Shown piece after piece: positions 36,653-46,062 of a stretch of DNA of 64,000 nucleotides. The notes under the pieces are model-generated. The model was not told where the DNA came from. It saw only the letters and a program-made list of their open reading frames with translations, and ran no database searches. Source of the stretch: Candidatus Tanganyikabacteria bacterium (lineage in GTDB: Bacteria > Cyanobacteriota > Sericytochromatia > S15B-MN24 > VGJW01). The position numbers and the translations under genes were made by a program. The number at the start of each line of letters is the position of its first letter. Position 1 is the stretch's first letter. The DNA is taken from the NCBI GenBank assembly GCA_016867235.1, contig VGJY01000003.1, positions 406 to 64,405 on the forward strand. Direction: 5' to 3'.

Positions 36653-36704
36653 TTCATCGGGTTAATTCGCGCTGAAGCGCGATGCCGCGACTGCCTCCCC
36701 GGAT

Positions 36705-37469
36705 TCAATCCAGCTTGAAGGCGTCGGGCTCGTGAACGTTGATCTTGATGCTCTCCAGTTGCAGCCGATAGGTAAGCTGCCCCTTCTGGTACATCTCGCG
36801 CACGACCGGAAGGTAGTTTCCGGTATCGATGGCGATCCGCTCGGACTCCACGCCCTTGACCATGAACTTGCTCTTGAGCGAGATCTGCGCGATCGGTCGA
36901 CCCTTGTACTCGCCGCGGCCGACCAGGGCCACCTGGGCCTGCGGATCGAGGAGGGCCTGCATCATCTTGGGCACCGCGGTGTCCGAAAGGCTGTCGCCGC
37001 GGGCGTCGCGCAACCGATCGTCCTGCTCGTCGAGGTTGGTCTTCACCCAGAAGCCGATGAACTTCGTCTTGATGCCCACCTTGGACCCGCCCATCCAGAC
37101 CATCTTGGTGCCGGCGGCGGCCGTCTTGGTGTGCTCCTTGATGAGCAAGGCGGTGGAACTGGGCTTCTGGAACCAGTAATCCAGCTTCGCCGACTCCACG
37201 GCACCCTTGTTGACGTCTTTCACGTAGAGCGTGACGTCGGCGCGGAGATTGGTGTTGCGGGCCCAGACCTCGCCCATCTTCTGGCGCAGCGTCGCGACCT
37301 CCTTGGCCGGATCCGCGCCAGGCTGCGCCGAACCCGTCGCCGGCGTCGTGGGCGCCACGATCTTGAGATCCTTGAGCTTGCCGCCCGGGTCGATGGTCGG
37401 CGCGTTGCTGCCGCAGGCCGTGGCGAGCTGGCCGACCAAGAGCAAGAACGGCAGACTAACGCGCTTCAT
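36705..37469 (-). CDS. Lipoprotein, unknown function (LolA-like size and composition)
   Basis: Signal peptide plus lipobox LATAC(G). Confidence 0.55.
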   Translation of the reverse strand: MKRVSLPFLLLVGQLATACGSNAPTIDPGGKLKDLKIVAPTTPATGSAQPGADPAKEVATLRQKMGEVWARNTNLRADVTLYVKDVNKGAVESAKLDYWFQKPSSTALLIKEHTKTAAAGTKMVWMGGSKVGIKTKFIGFWVKTNLDEQDDRLRDARGDSLSDTAVPKMMQALLDPQAQVALVGRGEYKGRPIAQISLKSKFMVKGVESERIAIDTGNYLPVVREMYQKGQLTYRLQLESIKINVHEPDAFKLD

Positions 37470-37591
37470 ACTGGCCTATAGCCTCGGAGGCTCGGCAGCT
37501 TCTTATCTTGCGGTTACGTAAGGGTAAAGAACCAGGGAGGATGTTCCCAAGTGGGCCCCGCGTAGGGTATAGTTCTTCACTCGAGTAACTG

Positions 37592-37665
<74 letters not shown>

Positions 37666-37711
37666 CCTGGGACGACCGGGACGCCCGCCTGCTTCGTTGC
37701 GCCGAGGCCGC

Positions 37712-39085
37712 CTACATATGCGCGACGATCGTCAGGCCGGAGTAGTTGGCGCCGCCGACGATCGGCGTGTTCTTGAGATCGGTGTTGTGCCAGACCCGAT
37801 CGAACTCGCGCTCGCCAAGTTTCTGGTTCGGCCCGTCGATGCTGTCGTGGTAGATGATCTCGCCCTGCTCGTCGTTGTAGCCGATGACCGTCACGTAATG
37901 CGGCACGTCGAACTGCAGCATCACGATCACCGGATGCCCCTGGTCCACGGCCGACTTGAGGTGGTTGATCGTGCCGTTCTTGTAGGCGTCGACCTGCAGG
38001 CCCTTGGCCTTGAGGTAGTTGGTCACGGTGGTGTGGGTCGTGGCCATGTTGAACTTGTTGGACTCGTCGACCACCTGCTGGTAGGTCGGCGCCTGCTGGC
38101 CCTGGTGGTAGTTCAGGACCATCGACATCGCGGCCTGGGCGCAGGTGTTGTCGGGGACGTCCCGCGTGCCCTTCACCGCCGCCCCCTGGAAGAACCAGGG
38201 CACGTTGTCGATGATGCGCGTCCCGTCCGCGTGATCGGAGACCGTGTGCATGCCGCCGCCGGCGTTGCTCGCCACCGTGCGGTGCTCGGCCCCTCCGGCG
38301 CCGCCTCCCCCGCCGTTCCAGGAGAAGGTCTTGCCGTGGCCGTTGTCGTACTGGTAGCTACCGGAAGTGGTCTTCGCGATGCCGGCTCCCTCGTGCACGT
38401 CGATGCCCGACAGGCTCACCCCCGTGCCGCAGCCGGTGAGCGCCGCCGAGCCGATGACGCCGATCAGCGCCGCCGCGACCAGCTTGCCCTGGATGCGCAG
38501 GGCCTCGGCGATGTGGTTGGGCTTGGCCAGGCCGGCCTCCACCAGGATGTCGCCGATTTGCCGCTTGGTGAGCTTCTGGGTCTCGAGGGCGGACTTCAAC
38601 TGGTCGCGGGTGATGACCTTGGACGCGACCAGGATCTCGCCGAGCATGAACCGCACGGCCTTGGCCGAGTTGTAGCTGTGCTCGTGCTGCCAGTCGAGGA
38701 CCGCCGAGAGTTCGTCGGCCGAGATGAGGCCGAGGCGCAGCAGCACCTCGCCCAGCTTCTCGTTGGTCTTCTCCTGCTCGGCCAGCGCGGATTCGAGCTG
38801 GTGCTTGGTGACCTTCTTCGCACGGAGCAGCAGATCGCCCAGCTTGTGGCGCACCGCCGCGTTGTGCTCGTCGGGGGTCTCCCCGTCGTGATGGTGGTAA
38901 TGCAGGACGGCGTTGAGCTCCATCTCGGACACGATGCCCAGCCGCAGCAGGATCTCGCCGAGGCGCTCGTTGGTGGCGCTCTGCTCGGCCAGCGCGCGCT
39001 CGAGGTCGACGGGCGAGATGAACTCGCCCGCGACCAGCACTTCGCCGATCTTGGGCTTGGGAACGAGCGTCGCAGTCGATGCCAT
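37712..39085 (-). CDS. Multidomain protein: three MshEN-type (T2SSE_N-like, putative c-di-GMP-binding) domains plus TM helix plus Gly-rich linker plus C39/papain-like cysteine peptidase domain
   Basis: Six 24-residue motifs fitting xLGxxLLxxGxIxxxxLxxALxxQ (KIGEVLVAGEFISPVDLERALAEQ, RLGEILLRLGIVSEMELNAVL, KLGDLLLRAKKVTKHQLESALAEQ, ...). TM segment LVAAALIGVIGSAALTGCG. C-terminal domain with Cys (NTCAQAAMSMVLNYHQG) and His (HYVTVIGYNDEQGEIIYHDS). Confidence 0.7.
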   Translation of the reverse strand: MASTATLVPKPKIGEVLVAGEFISPVDLERALAEQSATNERLGEILLRLGIVSEMELNAVLHYHHHDGETPDEHNAAVRHKLGDLLLRAKKVTKHQLESALAEQEKTNEKLGEVLLRLGLISADELSAVLDWQHEHSYNSAKAVRFMLGEILVASKVITRDQLKSALETQKLTKRQIGDILVEAGLAKPNHIAEALRIQGKLVAAALIGVIGSAALTGCGTGVSLSGIDVHEGAGIAKTTSGSYQYDNGHGKTFSWNGGGGGAGGAEHRTVASNAGGGMHTVSDHADGTRIIDNVPWFFQGAAVKGTRDVPDNTCAQAAMSMVLNYHQGQQAPTYQQVVDESNKFNMATTHTTVTNYLKAKGLQVDAYKNGTINHLKSAVDQGHPVIVMLQFDVPHYVTVIGYNDEQGEIIYHDSIDGPNQKLGEREFDRVWHNTDLKNTPIVGGANYSGLTIVAHM

Positions 39086-39087
39086 GG

Positions 39088-40149
39088 TTATCTAGCGCCT
39101 CCAGGGAAGTACGCGAATCCGGATGTGGAACCCTGGGGGGCGGCAAGCGACGCGAACACGATGCCACGTGCGCCGGCTGCCGGATATATACCCCAGGCCA
39201 GGGCCCGCCCGCCGTCGGGCAAGAACTGTAAAGTCGGATTTACATTGTCGTCGCCGCCGCTGGTCAGCGCCTCGGGGGCCGACCAGGCGTCCCCCCGCGT
39301 GGCGAGGGCCAGTTGCAGCGGGTCGTCCGGGCCGCCGCGGCGCCAGCCGAAGGCGAGCGCGATGCGCCCGTTGCGATCGACGGCGAGCGCCGGATTGATG
39401 GCCTGCCCGGACAGGCCCAGCGACTTCGGTGCCGACCAGGCGCCCGAGGGGCCGCGGGAGACCTCGTAGAGTTGCGCCGAGCGGTGCGCCACGACATGGA
39501 GGCGCCCGTTGGCCGAGGCGATCGCGGGATCGCCCAGATGCGTGGCCGCCACCCGCGCCTCGTACCAGTTGTGGCCGTCGGCGCTCTCGGCGACCACCAG
39601 GCCGTCGGAACTGCGGTAGGTGAGCGCCCAGCCATGCGGCGTCGCCGTCACGGCCGGCTCGGAGACCATCGCGCCCGGCACGTTCAGGCGCTCGGGAGCG
39701 CTCCACCCCGTACCGGTCTGATCGCAGACGTACAACGCCCATGTGGGCACCTCGCGGTTGGAGGCGAAGATCACGTGGAAGCCCCGGCTGTCTGCAAACA
39801 ACGCCGGGTCGATGTCCGAGAGGGCGCCAGGCTGGACCGCCGCCGCGGGCGTCCAGGAGGCGCCGTCCCTGCTGGTCGCGAAGTAGATATGCTTGTTGCC
39901 GAGCTTCTCGGAACCGTACGCCACGCCCCAGGTGCCGTCGGCGGCCCGGTACAGCGACGGCGTCTTGGGGCCCTCGGGACCGAACGAGACGGCCGCCGCC
40001 TGCTGCCCGCCGACCGTCGGCAAGCTCGCGGGCGGCCTGGTGCCGGGTCCCTGACCGGGAGCGCCGGGCCCGAACGGCGCCTCGGCGCCGCAAGCCGACA
40101 GCGCCGCCGTGGCCACGGCGGCGATGAAGATGCGGCGAAACAGAGACAT
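39088..40149 (-). CDS. Lipoprotein with BNR/Asp-box beta-propeller (sialidase-like fold)
   Basis: Lipobox LSACG. Asp-box motifs SRDGASWT, SADGHNWY. Confidence 0.6.
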   Translation of the reverse strand: MSLFRRIFIAAVATAALSACGAEAPFGPGAPGQGPGTRPPASLPTVGGQQAAAVSFGPEGPKTPSLYRAADGTWGVAYGSEKLGNKHIYFATSRDGASWTPAAAVQPGALSDIDPALFADSRGFHVIFASNREVPTWALYVCDQTGTGWSAPERLNVPGAMVSEPAVTATPHGWALTYRSSDGLVVAESADGHNWYEARVAATHLGDPAIASANGRLHVVAHRSAQLYEVSRGPSGAWSAPKSLGLSGQAINPALAVDRNGRIALAFGWRRGGPDDPLQLALATRGDAWSAPEALTSGGDDNVNPTLQFLPDGGRALAWGIYPAAGARGIVFASLAAPQGSTSGFAYFPGGAR

Positions 40150-40216
40150 GACCTCTAGTTGGAGTTATCCGGGGGCCCAAACGAAGCCTTGCTAAAGGCC
40201 GGGTTAAAGTTCCACT

Positions 40217-41182
40217 ATGAATGGGACCATGCGGACACTTCATGAACTCGGCGAAACCGGCGCGATCGCCCTGATGAGCGAGATCCTTGCCGGAGGGCGC
40301 CTGCCTCCCGGCTGGCTGGGCCCCGGAGACGATACCGCGATCACCGATCTGCCTGCCGGGATGCGGGTCTTGACCACCTGCGACGTGCTCGTGGAAGGGA
40401 TCCACTTCCGCCGCGAGACCGCCCCGCCGGAGGATCTCGGCTGGAAAGCCCTGGCCGTCAACGTGTCGGACATCCACGCGATGGGCGGCACCGCGGCCTG
40501 GGCGGTGGTGGGCCTCTGCCTGCCGTCGGAGCTGGCCGCCGACTGGCTGGCGGGCCTCTACCGAGGCCTGGCCGCCGCCGCCGCGGCCTACGACGCCCCG
40601 GTGGTGGGCGGGGACACCGGTGGCTCGACCGGCCCGATCGCCCTGTCGGTCACGGTGGTCGGCTACACGCGGCAACCTCGCCTGCGCGCCGACGCCCGAC
40701 CGGGCGACGTCCTGATCTCCACCGGCCCGCACGGCCTCTCGCGCGCCGGCCTCTGGGCGCTGGAGCACCCCGGGGTCGACCTGCCGCTGGATCTGCGCAT
40801 CCGGGCCGAACGCCACCACAACCGACCCGAGTTGCCGGGCGCCCGCGCCGCGCTCACCGACCTGCCGCGGGCGGCCCTGCTGGACGATTCCGACGGGCTC
40901 GGCACGTCGTGCCGGCTGCTGGCCGAGGCGTCGGGCGTGGCGCTGCACCTCGCGCCTGGCCGCGTCCCGATCGATCCGGTCGCCCGCGCGATCGCCGCGG
41001 CGGCCGGCGCCGATCCCCTGGCTTGGGCGCTATGGGGCGGCGAGGACTACGGCCTGGTCGCCGCCGTTCCCGCCGGCACGCCGCTGTTCGACGGCTGGCA
41101 CGTCATCGGGGACGTGCGCGCCGGCGCCGGCGTCTACATGGACGGCGAGCCGCTGCTGGGGATGCCGTACCGGCATTTTTGA
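40217..41182 (+). CDS. thiL: Thiamine-monophosphate kinase
   Basis: AIR-synthase-related fold with ThiL N-terminal signature (GDDTAI ... VLTTCDVLVEGIHF). Confidence 0.8.
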   Translation: MNGTMRTLHELGETGAIALMSEILAGGRLPPGWLGPGDDTAITDLPAGMRVLTTCDVLVEGIHFRRETAPPEDLGWKALAVNVSDIHAMGGTAAWAVVGLCLPSELAADWLAGLYRGLAAAAAAYDAPVVGGDTGGSTGPIALSVTVVGYTRQPRLRADARPGDVLISTGPHGLSRAGLWALEHPGVDLPLDLRIRAERHHNRPELPGARAALTDLPRAALLDDSDGLGTSCRLLAEASGVALHLAPGRVPIDPVARAIAAAAGADPLAWALWGGEDYGLVAAVPAGTPLFDGWHVIGDVRAGAGVYMDGEPLLGMPYRHF

Positions 41183-41192
41183 AGCACATGAC

Positions 41193-41210
41193 GCCGGCAC
41201 GGAGGCCGGC
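41193..41210. terminator. GC hairpin GCCGGC-ACGGAG-GCCGGC immediately after the thiL stop; member of a recurring hairpin family with loop ACGGAG
   Basis: Palindromic 6-mer stems flanking the loop ACGGAG. Same stem-loop at 47508..47525 and, with a GCAGGC/GCCTGC stem, inside both 128-bp repeats. Confidence 0.35.
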
Positions 41211-41357
41211 GCCACTGGGCCGGCGCCACTGGGCCGGAGCTACCGGGCCGGCGCCACTGGGCCGGCGCCACTGGGCCGGAGCTACCGGGCCGGAGCTACC
41301 GGGCCGGCGCCACTGGGCCGGAGCCACTGGGCCGGAGCCACTGGGCCGGAGCTACTG
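41204..41357. repeat. Tandem minisatellite: 11 copies of a 14-bp unit (GGCCGGCGCCACTG / GGCCGGAGCTACCG variants)
   Basis: Unit-by-unit parsing gives pattern A A B A A B B A C C D with no spacers. Period 14 is not a multiple of 3, so it is non-coding. Lies between convergent thiL and a small ORF. Confidence 0.95.
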
Positions 41358-41540
41358 GGCCGTCGGAGCCCGTCCGTTGGCGAAGCGCACCCGCAGCAGG
41401 CATTCGCCCGTGTTGTTGAGCTGCTCGGCGACCACGTACATCTCCAGTTGCTTGAGCACGCTTTCCAGCGAAAGCGAGGGCTCGTGGAAGGTGCGGCGCA
41501 TGAGGACTTCTTCGTTGCGATGTACTTCGGCTTCGATCAT
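41352..41540 (-). CDS. Small hypothetical protein (62 aa), divergent from recA
   Basis: MIEAEVHRNEEVLMRRTFHEPSLSLESVLKQLEMYVVAEQLNNTGECLLRVRFANG. Protein-like composition. Its stop lies in the last minisatellite unit. Confidence 0.4.
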   Translation of the reverse strand: MIEAEVHRNEEVLMRRTFHEPSLSLESVLKQLEMYVVAEQLNNTGECLLRVRFANGRAPTAQ

Positions 41541-41681
41541 GGCGTTACCGCTCCCTTCGGCCTGGAAGCGCTCCTTGGCACAGAGGGTAGGGCGGCGCCG
41601 TGCGGAAGCGTGCGGCCGAAATGTTCAAAAAAGACGTGGTAGAATGGGCCTTTGCTTTGTTCGCCTAGACAAGGAATCCGG

Positions 41682-42701
41682 ATGTCCTCGGACAAGGAAA
41701 AGGCGCTCGAGCTGGCGATAGCGGGTATCGAGAAGCAGTTCGGCAAGGGCGCCATCATGCGGCTCGGAGAGAGTGGCCGCTTCCGCGTCAGCACCATTCC
41801 CACCGGCATCCTCCCGCTCGACCTGGCCTTGGGCGTGGGCGGCCTGCCCCGCGGTCGCGTCGTCGAGGTCTACGGCCCCGAGTCCTCGGGCAAGACCACG
41901 GTCGCCCTCACCGTCGCGGCACAGGTGCAAAAGGCGGGGGGAATCGCGGCATTCATCGACGCCGAGCACGCCCTGGATCCTGTCTACGCCCGCAACCTGG
42001 GCGTGGACGTGGACGAGTTGCTCGTCTCGCAGCCCGACACCGGGGAGCAGGCGCTGGAGATCGCCGAGCACCTGGTGCGCAGCGGCGCCGTGGATGTCGT
42101 CATCGTGGACTCCGTGGCCGCCCTGGTGCCCCGGGCCGAGCTGGAGGGCGAGATGGGCGACGCCCACGTCGGGTTGCAGGCGCGCCTGATGAGCCAGGCC
42201 CTGCGCAAGCTGACCGCGGCCATCTCGAAGTCCAACGGCATCGTCATCTTCATCAACCAGCTGCGCGAGAAGGTCGGCGTGATGTTCGGCAACCCCGAGA
42301 TCACCACCGGCGGCCGGGCGCTGCGGTTCTACGCCTCGGTGCGCATCGAGGTCCGCCGCATCGAGACCCTCAAGCGCGAGGGCCTGGAGATCGGTAACCG
42401 GGTCAAGGCCAAGGTGGTCAAGAACAAGTTGTCGCCACCCTTCAAGGTGGCCGAGTTCGACCTGCTGTTCGGCAGCGGCGTGTCCCGCGAGGGTTGCCTG
42501 CTGGATATGGGCTGCGAGCACGGCATCCTCACCCGCAACGGCTCGTGGTTCGCCCTGGATGGCGAGCGCCTGGGCCAGGGGCGGGACGCCGCCCGCGAAT
42601 TCCTGCGCGAGCATCCCGACGTGGCCGCCCGCATCGAGGGCCGGATCCGCGAAAAGGCCCTCCCCGCCCCCGCCGACGATGCGGCGCTGGCCGAGGCCTA
42701 G
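41682..42701 (+). CDS. recA: Recombinase RecA
   Basis: Unmistakable RecA sequence ([50 protein letters not shown]). AAGGA RBS. Confidence 0.95.
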   Translation: MSSDKEKALELAIAGIEKQFGKGAIMRLGESGRFRVSTIPTGILPLDLALGVGGLPRGRVVEVYGPESSGKTTVALTVAAQVQKAGGIAAFIDAEHALDPVYARNLGVDVDELLVSQPDTGEQALEIAEHLVRSGAVDVVIVDSVAALVPRAELEGEMGDAHVGLQARLMSQALRKLTAAISKSNGIVIFINQLREKVGVMFGNPEITTGGRALRFYASVRIEVRRIETLKREGLEIGNRVKAKVVKNKLSPPFKVAEFDLLFGSGVSREGCLLDMGCEHGILTRNGSWFALDGERLGQGRDAAREFLREHPDVAARIEGRIREKALPAPADDAALAEA

Positions 42702-42704
42702 CGC

Positions 42705-44261
42705 GTGAGCTACAACCTCTTGCAGCTCCTGGTGGCGCTCGTGGCGATCGTCGCCGTGGGCGGGGTGGTCGGCGGCGCGGCCTTCCTGGCGTTCCGCCGG
42801 CAGGCCGCCGCGGCCATCGCCGAGGCCACCCGCGAGCAGGAAGCCGTCCGGGCGAGGTACCTGCAGGAAGCGGAGAGCGCCCAGCGCGCCGCCCTGCAAC
42901 TGGCCCGCGAGGAGGCGCAGCGCATCCGCGAGGACGAAGAGAAGCGCCTGCGCGAACAGGCCGACGAGCTCCGCAACCGCGAGCGCCGGCTCGAGCAGCG
43001 GGAATTCCAGCTCGACCAGAAGCACGAGACGCTCGAGGCCAAGCTCACGGAGGTCCGCACGAAGGAAGACGACCTGGCGGCCAGGCAGCAGGCCGTGGTG
43101 GAGGCCCGCGACCGGCACCTGGTCGAGCTGGAGCGCATCGCCGGCCTGAGCCGCGACGAGGCCCGCGACCAGTTGCTGACGCGCCTGGACGAGGAACTGG
43201 CCCGCGAGGTGGCCCTCAAGGTCAAGTCGGCCGAACAGGACGCCAAGGAGCAGGCCGAGAAGCGGGCGCGGGAAATCGTCACGACGGCCATCCAGCGCAC
43301 CGCCGTGGACCATTGCGTCGAGCGTACGGTCTCGGTCGTCCAGTTGCCGTCCGAGGAGATGAAGGGGCGCATCATCGGGCGCGAGGGCCGCAACATCCGC
43401 GCCCTCGAGAACGCCACCGGCATCGACCTGATCATCGACGACACGCCCGAGGCCATCATCCTGTCGTCGTTCGATCCGGTGCGCCGCGAGGTGGCGCGCA
43501 TCGCCATCGAGCGCCTCATCTCGGACGGCCGCATCCACCCGGCGCGCATCGAGGAGCACGTCGAGAAGGCCCGTATCGAAGTCGACGAGACCATTCTCTC
43601 CGAAGGTGAGAAAGCCCTGCTGGAACTCGGGATCGTGGGCGTCCACACCGAGATCACCAGGACCCTGGGACGGCTCCGGTACCGCACGTCCTACGGCCAG
43701 AACGTCCTGGCGCACACCAAGGAAGTCGCCCACATCTGCAGCGCCATCGCTTCGGAAATCGGCGCCAACGTCGCGATCGCCAAGCGCGCCGCCCTCTTCC
43801 ACGACCTCGGCAAGGCCGTGTCGCACGAGCAGGAGGGCTCGCACGCGGTGCTCGGCGCCGACATCGCGCAGAAGTACGGCGAGCGGCCGGAGGTGGTCCA
43901 CGCCATCAAAGCGCACCACTACGACGTCGAGCCGGCGAGCGTCGAGGCCTGCCTCGTGCTGCTTTCCGACGCGATCTCGGCCGCCCGGCCAGGCGCCCGG
44001 CGCGAGAACATCGACATCTACATCAAGCGCCTCGAGAAACTCGAGGAGATAGCCAAGTCCTTCGAGGGCGTGGACAAGGTCTTCGCCGTGCAGGCCGGCC
44101 GCGAGGTGCGCCTCATGGTCGCGCCCGAGGTCGTCGACGACGTGATGGCCGCCAAGCTGGCGCGCGACATCGCCAGGCGCATCGAGACCGAGATGGAGTA
44201 CCCGGGCATGATCAAGGTCACGGTCATCCGGGAGACTCGCAACACTGAATTTGCCAAGTAG
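42705..44261 (+). CDS. rny: Ribonuclease Y
   Basis: N-terminal TM helix, coiled-coil, KH domain ([15 protein letters not shown]), HD domain ([13 protein letters not shown]...FHDLGK). GTG start 4 nt after the recA stop. Confidence 0.9.
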   Translation: MSYNLLQLLVALVAIVAVGGVVGGAAFLAFRRQAAAAIAEATREQEAVRARYLQEAESAQRAALQLAREEAQRIREDEEKRLREQADELRNRERRLEQREFQLDQKHETLEAKLTEVRTKEDDLAARQQAVVEARDRHLVELERIAGLSRDEARDQLLTRLDEELAREVALKVKSAEQDAKEQAEKRAREIVTTAIQRTAVDHCVERTVSVVQLPSEEMKGRIIGREGRNIRALENATGIDLIIDDTPEAIILSSFDPVRREVARIAIERLISDGRIHPARIEEHVEKARIEVDETILSEGEKALLELGIVGVHTEITRTLGRLRYRTSYGQNVLAHTKEVAHICSAIASEIGANVAIAKRAALFHDLGKAVSHEQEGSHAVLGADIAQKYGERPEVVHAIKAHHYDVEPASVEACLVLLSDAISAARPGARRENIDIYIKRLEKLEEIAKSFEGVDKVFAVQAGREVRLMVAPEVVDDVMAAKLARDIARRIETEMEYPGMIKVTVIRETRNTEFAK

Positions 44262-44280
44262 GCCTAGATCGTAGGAATCG

Positions 44281-45066
44281 TTGCTTCATGTCCTGGTGAT
44301 CGGGGACGTCGTCGGCCAACCCGGGCTCAACAGCATCGCGGACCTCATTCCGCAAATCCGGAAGGAACGGGCGGTGGACCTGGTCGTCGCCAACGGCGAG
44401 AATTCCGAGCGGGGCTTCGGGCTCTCCGAGAAGAGCTATCACGCCCTCAAGGATGCGGGCGTGGACGTGATCACCCTCGGCAACCACGCCTGGGATCGCA
44501 AGGAGATCTTTTCGTTCATCGACCAGGCCGAGGACCTGGTGCGCCCCGCCAATTACCCGCCGGGCACGCCGGGGCGCGGGTGGGCGATGGTACATTCCGG
44601 CCAGACGCCGGTCGCGGTGCTGCAATTGATGGGCCGCACGTTCCTCAACATCGGCGACTGCCCCTTCCAGGCCGCCGACCGCGAACTCAAGGCCATCCAG
44701 GATCGCGCCCGGGTGGTCGTCGTGGACATGCACGGCGAGGCCACGGCCGACAAGCAGGCCATGGGTTACTACCTCGATGGCCGCGTGAGCGCGGTCCTGG
44801 GCACCCACACCCACGTGCAGACAGCAGACGAACGGATTCTCCCCGGCGGGACAGGGTATATTAGCGACATCGGAATGTGTGGCCCGGTGCATTCGGTGCT
44901 GGGCATGCGACCCGAGCAATCTCTGAGACGCATCCGGGAGCACCTCCCGGTGCGCTTCGAGGTCGCAGACGGCCCCGCCGTGTTTTGCGCCGTGTGGTTG
45001 GCAATCGACGCGGACACGGGCCTGACGAAGCAGATAGACCGCATACAAGTTCGTTCCAGCTCCTGA
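44281..45066 (+). CDS. ymdB: YmdB-family metallophosphoesterase (2',3'-cyclic-nucleotide phosphodiesterase, TIGR00282)
   Basis: MLHVLVIGDVVGQPG ... GNHAWD ... DMHGEATAD ... GTHTHVQTAD. TTG start. Confidence 0.85.
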   Translation: MLHVLVIGDVVGQPGLNSIADLIPQIRKERAVDLVVANGENSERGFGLSEKSYHALKDAGVDVITLGNHAWDRKEIFSFIDQAEDLVRPANYPPGTPGRGWAMVHSGQTPVAVLQLMGRTFLNIGDCPFQAADRELKAIQDRARVVVVDMHGEATADKQAMGYYLDGRVSAVLGTHTHVQTADERILPGGTGYISDIGMCGPVHSVLGMRPEQSLRRIREHLPVRFEVADGPAVFCAVWLAIDADTGLTKQIDRIQVRSSS

Positions 45067-45125
45067 TCACAGCCGATCTCCGCCGCCGTCGGCGGGGAAC
45101 AATACGTAACAAGAGGTCATCGCCC

Positions 45126-45395
45126 GTGTCGGACGCCAGCGTTTTCAAGGTTTCGGCCAAGTCGAACCCTAGCTCGGTGGCCGGCGCGCTGGCCGGCGCC
45201 CTGCGCGAGCGCGGGCGCGCGGAGCTGCAAGCCATCGGCGCCGGGGCGATCAACCAGGCGATCAAGGCCATCGCCATCGCCCGGGGCTACGTGGCCCCCG
45301 GCGGCATGGACCTGGTGTGCGTGCCGGCGTTCATCGACATCCAGATCGACGGCGAAGAGCGCACGGCCATCAAGCTGATCGTCGAGCCCAGGTAA
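45126..45395 (+). CDS. spoVS: SpoVS-family protein
   Basis: VSDASVFKVSAKSNPSSVAGALAGALRE...GAINQAIKAIAIARGY...IQIDGEERTAIKLIVEPR. GTG start with AAGAGG RBS about 9 nt upstream. Confidence 0.85.
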   Translation: MSDASVFKVSAKSNPSSVAGALAGALRERGRAELQAIGAGAINQAIKAIAIARGYVAPGGMDLVCVPAFIDIQIDGEERTAIKLIVEPR

Positions 45396-45467
45396 GCTGG
45401 AACTCCGGCGCGCAGATCCCGTAACATGGGGGAAAAGACCCCACCTGAGATTAGAGAGGGTAGGCGC

Positions 45468-46031
45468 ATGGAGCTCGTCATCAAGGGCAAGAACATAGAG
45501 ATCACCGACTCGCTGCGCGACTACGCCGCCAAGAAGCTCGGGCGCATCACCAAGAGCGCCAGCGACAGCGTCCAGTCCGCGCACGTCGAACTCACCGTGA
45601 TCAAGAACCCCTCGGTCGCCGAGAATCAGGTCGTCGAGGTCACCCTCTTCGCCAACGGCAACGTCATCCGCGGCGAGGAAGCCTCCGACAGCATGTACGC
45701 CTCCATCGATCTGGTCTCCGACAAGATCGAGCGGCAGCTCAAGCGCTACAAGAAGCGGCTAGAGGACCGGCGGCATCACCGTACCAAGACCTCCATGGCG
45801 GTCGTGACCGAGGAAGAGGCCGCCGAGATCACCACCGAGGAAGAGGCGCCCCAGATCGTCAAGGCGCGCGACTACGAGCTCAAGCCCCTCGCTCCCGAGG
45901 ACGCCGCGTACCACCTCGACCTGTCGGGCAAGGACTTCCTGGTCTTCCTGAATCGCAACACCGACCAGGTCTCGGTCATCTACCACCGCCGCGACGGCAA
46001 CTACGGACTCATCGAGCCCAACGTCGGCTGA
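45468..46031 (+). CDS. hpf: Ribosome hibernation-promoting factor (long HPF / RaiA family)
   Basis: MELVIKGKNIEITDSLRDYAAKKLGRI ... plus the C-terminal dimerisation domain. Confidence 0.85.
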   Translation: MELVIKGKNIEITDSLRDYAAKKLGRITKSASDSVQSAHVELTVIKNPSVAENQVVEVTLFANGNVIRGEEASDSMYASIDLVSDKIERQLKRYKKRLEDRRHHRTKTSMAVVTEEEAAEITTEEEAPQIVKARDYELKPLAPEDAAYHLDLSGKDFLVFLNRNTDQVSVIYHRRDGNYGLIEPNVG

Positions 46032-46062
46032 CCCACGGACCGCCCGGCTCGGGCGGCACCTG

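Noticed and set aside
41204-41357. Tandem 14-bp array considered as a CRISPR array or as coding repeats (track ORF 40909..41721 gives GRRHWAGATGP repeats)
   Set aside because: There are no spacers between units, so it is not CRISPR. Period 14 is not a multiple of 3, so any reading frame shifts every unit.
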